DNA of 64,000 nucleotides from Alphaproteobacteria bacterium (GTDB lineage Bacteria; Pseudomonadota; Alphaproteobacteria; CACIAM-22H2): NCBI GenBank assembly GCA_041690495.1, contig JAWLHE010000004.1, positions 139,544 to 203,543 of the forward strand, read 5' to 3'. Shown piece by piece: positions 57,910 to 64,000 of this stretch (position 1 is its first letter; each line of letters starts with the position of its first letter). The notes under the pieces were generated by a model. It saw only the letters and a program-made list of their open reading frames with translations, ran no database searches and was not told where the DNA came from. The position numbers and the translations under genes were made by a program.

Positions 57910-59632
57910 GACCGCGCTCTAGCTTGCGCTCGACTTCGGCGCGGATGTCGGGCTCCGGCTTGTTGCGCAGCGAGCGCTGCCACTGGAAGCGTGCCTCGGC
58001 GATGCGGCCGACGCGCCAGTAGGCGTCGCCGAGATGGTCGAGCAGCACCGGATCCTCGGGCATGAGCTCGACCGCGCGCTCCAGCAGCGGCACTGCGTCC
58101 TCGTACCGGCCCAGCCGGAACAGGACCCAGCCAAGGCTGTCGATGATATGGCCGCTGTTGGGGCGGAGCTGCACCGCGCGCTCGAGCATCTGCAGCGCAC
58201 GGTCGTAATTCAGCCCCTGCTCGACCCAGGAATAGGCAAGATAGTTGAGGACGTCCGGCTGCTCCGGTTGCAACTCGAGAGCGCGCAGGAAATCCGCCTC
58301 CGCACGCGCCCACTGCTTCGAGCGCTCGTGCGAGATGCCGCGCGCATAGAACAGCGCCCAGTGGCGCGGCTCGACCGACGGCAGCCGCGCGATCGCGCGG
58401 TCGTAGGCATCCGCCGCCTCCCCGAAACGCTGCTGGATGCGCAGGAGCTGACCCAGTGCCACCACCGCCTCGACGCGATCGGGCCGCTCCGCGCTCAGCT
58501 CCCGCAGCTCGCCGATCGCCTCGTCGGTCCGCCCCATCGACTGGAAATTCTCGGCCACGCGCAGCCGCGCCGAGTAGGACAGCGGCGAATCCTTCGGAAT
58601 GCGCGCGAACAGCGCGTTCGAATCGGCGTGGCGACCGGCGGTGTCGAGAATATCGGCGACGAGCAGAAGTCCGGCCGGCTTGTCAGGATCGAGCGCCAGC
58701 GCAAGACGGCCGTAGACCAGTCCCAGCTGTCCGCCGCTTTCCTGGCGCAGCGCGCCCGCAACGTTGAACAGAGCCTCGGCGAGGCCGTCGAGCGGTGTCG
58801 CCACGACCGGCACCGGCGGCGGGCCGGCCGCATCGGCCCGCGCCATCGCCGCAGTGAGCATGATCGAATCCGGAAACTGTCCGGCAAAGCGGGCGTAGAT
58901 CTCGCGCGCTGCATCCCGCTGTCCGCTGCGCTCGAGGAAATTGCCTGCGCTCTCGACCAGCCGGACCGACGGCCCGTTCTCCAGCGCGAGCGCGGCGCGA
59001 TAATGCTTCTCCGCATCCTCGTTGCGGCCCGCGACGTCGCTTATCAATGCCGCATGATATTCCTGGAGCGGCCTGAAGCCCTCGATCTGCCCCAGCGAAC
59101 GCAGCGTCTCGAAGCTCGACAGCGGCTGCGATTGCGCGAGCTGCAGCCATGCGCGCATCAATGGCAGGACGACGCGATTGGCGCCGGCCAGCGGCAGGCC
59201 TTCGAGCCGCTTGTCGGCGGCGGCGAAGTTGCCGGCACGCGCGTCGGCGACGGCGAGCGTCACGTTTGCCTGCGCGTTGGTGGCATTCTGCTGGACGATG
59301 CGCCGTGCGATCGCGACCGCGTCGTCGAAGCGGCCGTCCGCCAGCAGCAGCACGTGCGCACGGCTCAGAACCTCGAAATTGTCCGGATCCTTCTGCAGGA
59401 CGTCGACGATGTAGCGCGCCGCGTTGGTCAGGTCGCGCTGACGCTCGGCATGGCGGCCGGCCAGGTAACTGCCGACCGCCGATTTGCCGATCGGCGCGTC
59501 GCCGTCCGCACTCGCCGCCGCTTCCGGCCCGTTGGACGCGGCGCAGCTCGTCAGCCCGATGCCCAACGCCATGCCCAGCACAGCCACGCGCACGCGCCCG
59601 TCGCTCCTGAATGTCCGCCGCCAATCGTACAT
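57875..59632 (-). CDS. Tetratricopeptide-repeat lipoprotein
   Basis: ATG 59632 (GAGG SD) gives MYDWRRTFRSDGRVRVAVLGMALGIGLTSC with a lipobox. TPR-like repeats run throughout. The track start 59725 would add 31 aa. Confidence 0.8.
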   Translation of the reverse strand: MYDWRRTFRSDGRVRVAVLGMALGIGLTSCAASNGPEAAASADGDAPIGKSAVGSYLAGRHAERQRDLTNAARYIVDVLQKDPDNFEVLSRAHVLLLADGRFDDAVAIARRIVQQNATNAQANVTLAVADARAGNFAAADKRLEGLPLAGANRVVLPLMRAWLQLAQSQPLSSFETLRSLGQIEGFRPLQEYHAALISDVAGRNEDAEKHYRAALALENGPSVRLVESAGNFLERSGQRDAAREIYARFAGQFPDSIMLTAAMARADAAGPPPVPVVATPLDGLAEALFNVAGALRQESGGQLGLVYGRLALALDPDKPAGLLLVADILDTAGRHADSNALFARIPKDSPLSYSARLRVAENFQSMGRTDEAIGELRELSAERPDRVEAVVALGQLLRIQQRFGEAADAYDRAIARLPSVEPRHWALFYARGISHERSKQWARAEADFLRALELQPEQPDVLNYLAYSWVEQGLNYDRALQMLERAVQLRPNSGHIIDSLGWVLFRLGRYEDAVPLLERAVELMPEDPVLLDHLGDAYWRVGRIAEARFQWQRSLRNKPEPDIRAEVERKLERGLAASSTSTPGR

Positions 59633-59725
59633 CAACTGCCTCAATGGCCGCCCCGTGCGGGCGGCGTTGCCGTCAACATAGCGCGACACGGTCCGCCCGC
59701 CTACTGCGAGGCGTCGCCGCACCAT

Positions 59726-61387
59726 TCACATATTCGGGTAGTTCGGCCCGCCACCACCTTCGGGCACGACCCAGTTTATGTTCTGCAAGGGGTCCTTGAT
59801 ATCACAGGTTTTGCAGTGGACGCAGTTCTGCGCGTTGATCTGCAGGCGCGGATTGCGGCCGTCATCGTCGCGGACGATCTCGTAGACGCCGGCTGGGCAG
59901 TAGCGCTGCTCCGGCGCATCGTAGAGCGGCAGGTTGACGCTTACCGGAACCGCCGCATCGTGCAGCTGCAGGTGCACGGGCTGATCCTCCTCGTGGTTGG
60001 TGTTCGAGATGAACACCGAAGACAGCCGGTCGAAGCTCAGCTTTCCATCCGGTTTCGGATATTCGATCCGCCGGCATTCCTGCGCACGCTTGAGCGTCTC
60101 GTGGTCGGCCTTGCGATGGTGCAGCGTCCACGGCGCGAGGAAGCCGAGACCAAGATCGTTGAGCCACATGTGCAGGCCGCCATGAAGCGTTCCGAGCCAC
60201 AGGCCCCAGCGCAGCCCGGGCTTGACGTTACGGACCTTGTACAGGTCGCGATAGGCCCACGATTCGCGGAATGAAGCAGGATAGGCGGCCAGCTCGTCCC
60301 GGCCGGCGGCTCCGGCCTTGAGCGCAGCGAACGCCGCCTCCGCGGCGAGCATGCCCGTCTTCATCGCGTTGTGCGTACCCTTGATGCGCGGCACGTTGAC
60401 GAAGCCCGCGCAATCGCCGATCAGCGCGCCGCCCGGAAAGACCAGCTTCGGGATCGACTGCAGCCCGCCCTCGCTGATGGCGCGCGCGCCGTAGGAGATG
60501 CGCTCGCCGCCCTCGAGATAGCCGCGGATCGACGGGTGATGCTTGAAGCGCTGGAATTCCTCGTACGGCGCCAGGTGCGGGTTCTCGTAGTCGAGATGGA
60601 CGACGAAGCCGATCGCGACCTGATTGTCCTCGAGATGGTACATGAACGAGCCGCCACCGGTCCTCCTGTCGAGCGGCCAGCCCTGGGTGTGCAGGACGAG
60701 GCCCGGCCGATGCTTGGCCGGATCGACGCGCCACAGCTCCTTCAGGCCGATCCCGAACTTCTGAGGATCGACGCCGTCGCGCAGGCGGAATCGCTCGAAC
60801 AGGGTCTTCGTCAGTGACCCACGCGCACCCTCGGCAAAGAAGGTGTACTTGGCATGCAGTTCCACCCCTTCGGTGTAGCTGGCCTTCTTCTCGCCGTTGC
60901 GCCCGATCCCCATGTCCCCGGTCGCCACTCCCCTGACGCTGCCGTCCTCATGATAGAGGAGCTCGGCCGCGGCGAAGCCGGGATAGATCTCCACGCCGAG
61001 CGCCTCGGCCTGCTGCGCCAGCCAGCGGCACAAATTGCCGAGGCTGATGATGTAATTTCCGTGGTTGCTCATCAGCCGCGGCAACAGCAAATTCGGCAGG
61101 GCAATGTGGTTGTGCTCGGTCAGGATGAGGAATCGGTCCTCGTTCACCGGCGTCTTCAGCGGCGCATCCTTGTCTTTCCAGTCGGGGATCAGCTCGCTGA
61201 TCGCTGCCGGGTCGATCACGGCACCGGAAAGAATGTGTGCACCGACCTCGGAGCCCTTCTCGATGACGCACACGCTGACCTCGTGGCCGGATTCCTGCGC
61301 GAGCTGGCGCAGCCGGATCGCCGCGGCGAGTCCGGCGGGCCCCGCTCCGACGATCACAACGTCATATTCCATTGTCTCGCGCGTCAT
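59726..61387 (-). CDS. Electron transfer flavoprotein-ubiquinone oxidoreductase
   Basis: FAD fold DVVIVGAGPAGLAAA. C-terminal 4Fe-4S region CPAGVYE..CVHCKTCDIKDP. Confidence 0.95.
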   Translation of the reverse strand: MTRETMEYDVVIVGAGPAGLAAAIRLRQLAQESGHEVSVCVIEKGSEVGAHILSGAVIDPAAISELIPDWKDKDAPLKTPVNEDRFLILTEHNHIALPNLLLPRLMSNHGNYIISLGNLCRWLAQQAEALGVEIYPGFAAAELLYHEDGSVRGVATGDMGIGRNGEKKASYTEGVELHAKYTFFAEGARGSLTKTLFERFRLRDGVDPQKFGIGLKELWRVDPAKHRPGLVLHTQGWPLDRRTGGGSFMYHLEDNQVAIGFVVHLDYENPHLAPYEEFQRFKHHPSIRGYLEGGERISYGARAISEGGLQSIPKLVFPGGALIGDCAGFVNVPRIKGTHNAMKTGMLAAEAAFAALKAGAAGRDELAAYPASFRESWAYRDLYKVRNVKPGLRWGLWLGTLHGGLHMWLNDLGLGFLAPWTLHHRKADHETLKRAQECRRIEYPKPDGKLSFDRLSSVFISNTNHEEDQPVHLQLHDAAVPVSVNLPLYDAPEQRYCPAGVYEIVRDDDGRNPRLQINAQNCVHCKTCDIKDPLQNINWVVPEGGGGPNYPNM

Positions 61388-61468
61388 TCATCGCTCCCTA
61401 CTTCCGGCTGACCGGCTCATATACTCGACCGTCCACCCTACGTGCTAGGCTCTGTCGCAACCGTGACC

Positions 61469-62266
61469 ATGAACCGCGCCGAACAAGCAGCCGCACTCCG
61501 CTGGCTGGTCGAGATGGGAGCCGACGAAGCCATCGGCGCCGATCCCATTGACCGCCTTGCCGCCGCAGCCCGGCCGCCGCCCCCAACGCCGAAGGCCGCG
61601 GCGCCACGCCCTGCGCCGGCCGAGCCGGTCGCGCCTGCGGCGGCGCGGCTCCGCCCCAACCCGACAGCGCAGACCGCGGCGACGGCGGCGCGATCGGCGA
61701 CGACCCTCGACGCGCTGCGGTCGGCGCTGGCGGGGTTCGAGGGCTGCGCGCTCAAGGCAACCGCGACCAACCTTGTCTTCGCCGACGGCAACCCGAAAGC
61801 CAGGATCATGCTGGTCGGCGAGGCGCCGGGCGCCGACGAGGACCGGATCGGCAGGCCGTTCGTCGGGGTGAGCGGTCAGCTTCTCGACCGCATGCTGGCA
61901 TGCATCGGCCTCGACCGCAGCACCGTCTACATCGCCAATATCCTGCCATGGCGTCCGCCCGGGAACCGCTCCCCGACGGCCGCGGAGATTGCCATCTGCC
62001 TGCCGTTCATCGAGCGACAGATCGATCTGGTCGCCCCGGAGATATTGGTCCTGCTCGGCGGAACCGCCGCGAAAACCCTGCTCGCCACTAACGACGGCAT
62101 CGTCAGGACGCGCGGCAAATGGTTCAGCTACTCCAGCCCCGACCTGACGGCGCCGATCGCTGCACTGGCCACTTATCACCCGGCTTATTTATTGAGATCG
62201 CCTGCGCAGAAAAGAGATTCCTGGCGGGATTTATTGATGATCAAGAATAAACTTAAGAACAAGTAG
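61469..62266 (+). CDS. Uracil-DNA glycosylase, family 4
   Basis: [30 protein letters not shown]-terminal Ala/Pro-rich linker. Start chosen at ATG 61469; the track start is a GTG at 61442. Confidence 0.88.
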   Translation: MNRAEQAAALRWLVEMGADEAIGADPIDRLAAAARPPPPTPKAAAPRPAPAEPVAPAAARLRPNPTAQTAATAARSATTLDALRSALAGFEGCALKATATNLVFADGNPKARIMLVGEAPGADEDRIGRPFVGVSGQLLDRMLACIGLDRSTVYIANILPWRPPGNRSPTAAEIAICLPFIERQIDLVAPEILVLLGGTAAKTLLATNDGIVRTRGKWFSYSSPDLTAPIAALATYHPAYLLRSPAQKRDSWRDLLMIKNKLKNK

Positions 62267-62374
62267 CGCCCGAGTATTTCCGGTGTAATTCCGGAACATT
62301 CATTCGCGTGGGTTTCTGAGAGCTGGGCAATTTATGCTTGCGCGGCCACGCTTTCGTCATTTATCAACACAGGC

Positions 62375-64000
62375 GTGATAAAATGCCTGCCCAGAAATAC
62401 TGGCGGCAACGGAGTCCGGGGATCGCTGGCTGCTCGTATCGGCCTGGCTGGCGTGATTGCTGTCTGCGCGTTGCTGATCGGCCCCGCCATGGCGGCGGAC
62501 GGGACCAGCACGGCGTCGCTGCCGCCCGCCTCCTTCGCCGACCGCCAGGCTGCTCTCCCGACCGTGCTCAGCGCCGCGGACGTGGCGGTCTATCGGCGCA
62601 TCTTCGCGCTGCAGGAAGATGCCAAATGGGCGGCCGCCGACCGGGAGATGAAGCGCCTCAGCGACCGTATCCTCGTCGGCCACGTGCTCGCCCAGCGCTA
62701 CCTCCATGCGCGATACCGCACGCCGCATGCCGAGCTTGCGAGCTGGCTTGCCAAGTACGCCGACCATCCCGACGCCGGCATCCTCTACCGCCTCGCCGGC
62801 CGCCGTGCGCCGAAGAACGCCAAGGTCGATCGCCCGGTCGGCGGAAAGCTCCGCGGCTTGTGGGCGGCAGACGATCTCGGTCCTCCGCCGGACCGCGCAC
62901 CGCCGCCGGGCCGCAAGCTCTCCGGAGACGCCCGGGCGCGGGCGACGGCGCTCAAGGCGCAGTTGCGCAGGAACCTGCGCGCCGGCCGGCTCACCGAAGT
63001 CGGGCGCCTGCTCGGCACCCGCGACAGCGCCCGCCTGCTCAGCGACGGCGAGCACGACCACTTCAAGGCTCGGCTCGCCACCGGCTGGTTCACTCAGGGC
63101 GAGGACGGCAAAGCGCTCGAGCTTGCGGGCGAGGCGGCCAGGCGCTCCGGCAGCAAGGTGCCCCGCGCGCACTGGATCGCCGGCCTGTCGCTGTTCAAGC
63201 AGAACCGGTTCCGCGAGGCCGCCGCCCAGTTCGAGGCGCTGGCCCGCACGCCGCGGGGCGAGCCGTGGGACATCGCTTCGGGCGCCTTCTGGGCGGCACG
63301 GGCGCATGCGCGCGACCGGCGCTTTGCCGCGGTCAATCCGTGGCTGCAGCGCGCCGCCGAGCACCCTCGCACCTTCTACGGCCTGCTGGCGATCCGCCAG
63401 CTCGGCGTGCCCATGCCGTTCAACTGGGAGCCGCCGGCGGCCTCGGCACGCGACATCGAAGCGATCCGGCGTATGCCGTCGGGTGCGCGCGCGTTCGCGC
63501 TGATCCAGGTCGGCGAGGCCGGCCGCGCCGACGCCGAGCTGCGGCGCATCCTCCCCGGCGCCGGTCCGGCGCAGATGCGGACGTTGCTCGCGATCGCGAT
63601 GCGCGGCAACCTGCCCGGCCTGTCGATCCGGCTCGGAAGCGAGCTGTCCGAACTTGACGGGCGTCGCCATGACGGTGCGCTCTATCCCCTGCCGCCGTGG
63701 ACGCCGACCAACGGCTACCGGGTCGACCGCGCGCTGCTCTTCGCGTTCATGCGGCAGGAATCGCAGTTCAACGCCCGCGCGGTCAGCCACGCCGGCGCGC
63801 GCGGCCTGATGCAGCTCATGCCGCTTACGGCAGCGCAGCTGGACGGCAAATCGTTCCGCGGTCGCGCCGAATTGCTGCTCAACCCGGTCTACAACGTGAC
63901 GCTCGGCCAGCGCTACATCGTGCAGCTGCTGCAGGACGGCGCCGTGCAGGGCGACCTCATCCGCCTCGCCGCGGCGTATAACGGCGGCCCGGGCAATCTG
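62375..64000 (+). CDS. Soluble lytic murein transglycosylase (SLT domain); 3' end outside the window
   Basis: This frame is absent from the ORF track because it has no stop codon inside the window. The first in-frame start after the upstream in-frame TAG at 62264 is GTG 62375. Signal peptide ..IGLAGVIAVCALLIGPAMA. I translated three segments: 62375 to about 62820, 63002-63432, and 63722-63823. All gave stop-free, protein-like sequence, and the last contains the SLT motif FMRQESQFNARAVSHAGARGLMQLMP. The rest of the frame was not checked by eye. Confidence 0.8.
   Translation, partial: MIKCLPRNTGGNGVRGSLAARIGLAGVIAVCALLIGPAMAADGTSTASLPPASFADRQAALPTVLSAADVAVYRRIFALQEDAKWAAADREMKRLSDRILVGHVLAQRYLHARYRTPHAELASWLAKYADHPDAGILYRLAGRRAPKNAKVDRPVGGKLRGLWAADDLGPPPDRAPPPGRKLSGDARARATALKAQLRRNLRAGRLTEVGRLLGTRDSARLLSDGEHDHFKARLATGWFTQGEDGKALELAGEAARRSGSKVPRAHWIAGLSLFKQNRFREAAAQFEALARTPRGEPWDIASGAFWAARAHARDRRFAAVNPWLQRAAEHPRTFYGLLAIRQLGVPMPFNWEPPAASARDIEAIRRMPSGARAFALIQVGEAGRADAELRRILPGAGPAQMRTLLAIAMRGNLPGLSIRLGSELSELDGRRHDGALYPLPPWTPTNGYRVDRALLFAFMRQESQFNARAVSHAGARGLMQLMPLTAAQLDGKSFRGRAELLLNPVYNVTLGQRYIVQLLQDGAVQGDLIRLAAAYNGGPGNL

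Noticed and set aside
62359-62369. DnaA-box-like TTATCAACA in an AT-rich patch (possible replication origin).
   Set aside because: It is a single one-mismatch box. There is no cluster of boxes and no typical origin-flanking genes. The AT-rich patch is short and better explained as a promoter region.
62338-63790. Track ORFs 62338..63657 (+, 439 aa) and 62357..63790 (-, 477 aa).
   Set aside because: Both have Arg-rich artefact composition. A third frame, absent from the track because it has no stop inside the window, encodes a signal peptide and a clear SLT-domain motif. I take that frame (62375..64000+) as the real gene.

Overview
This is a 64-kb, high-GC chromosomal segment. It reads like an alphaproteobacterium of the Bradyrhizobium/Rhodopseudomonas/Afipia type. 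That is a family-level guess from gene content, synteny and characteristic GC-rich hairpin repeats. I recognise about 60 protein-coding genes, one tRNA-Gln(UUG), several intrinsic-terminator hairpins and five REP-like repeat clusters. I saw no rRNA, CRISPR array, transposase, integrase or phage genes.

Layout:
- 1-6.7 kb: housekeeping genes (pgeF 3' part, lipoprotein, LpxR-like, prs, rplY, pth, ychF, dienelactone hydrolase).
- 6.8-13.8 kb: mixed metabolic genes (VOC, aldolase/SDR fusion, mtnP, MFS, adenylate cyclase).
- 13.9-27.3 kb: a long minus-strand transport/catabolic block (tctCBA, FAH-family, enolase-superfamily enzyme, ABC importer, an unassigned 527-aa M29/NicX-like protein). A divergent GntR regulator and an extra Bug-type binding protein sit beside it.
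- 27.4-38.5 kb: MCP, petABC (bc1 complex), trmL, hemF, SGNH esterase, Gfo/Idh/MocA oxidoreductase, CCA enzyme, Nudix, DUF1285.
- 38.6-45.8 kb: MoxR-DUF58-DUF4159-membrane protein-TspO gene string.
- 46-50.6 kb: SMP-30-like protein, Spy/CpxP-like protein, and a two-component system split by a secreted-protein gene.
- 50.7-54.2 kb: a translationally coupled four-gene operon (thermostable-hemolysin-like/GNAT-like protein, short adenylate-forming enzyme, heme-oxygenase-like putative diiron enzyme, SDR).
- 54.7-64 kb: tRNA-Gln, fcl-gmd, ispE, TPR lipoprotein, ETF-QO, UDG, lytic transglycosylase (3' end outside the window).

Best candidates for something undescribed:
1. The four-gene operon at 50.7-54.2 kb. 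Phased GTCAG direct repeats appear to link it to the adjacent OmpR-type regulator.
2. The 527-aa M29/NicX-like protein with a Cys/His-rich C-terminal tail, which heads the ABC/enolase/FAH cluster.

All family assignments come from reading motifs by eye; no database search was possible. Many very long ORFs in the supplied track are antisense or out-of-frame artefacts of the high GC content.
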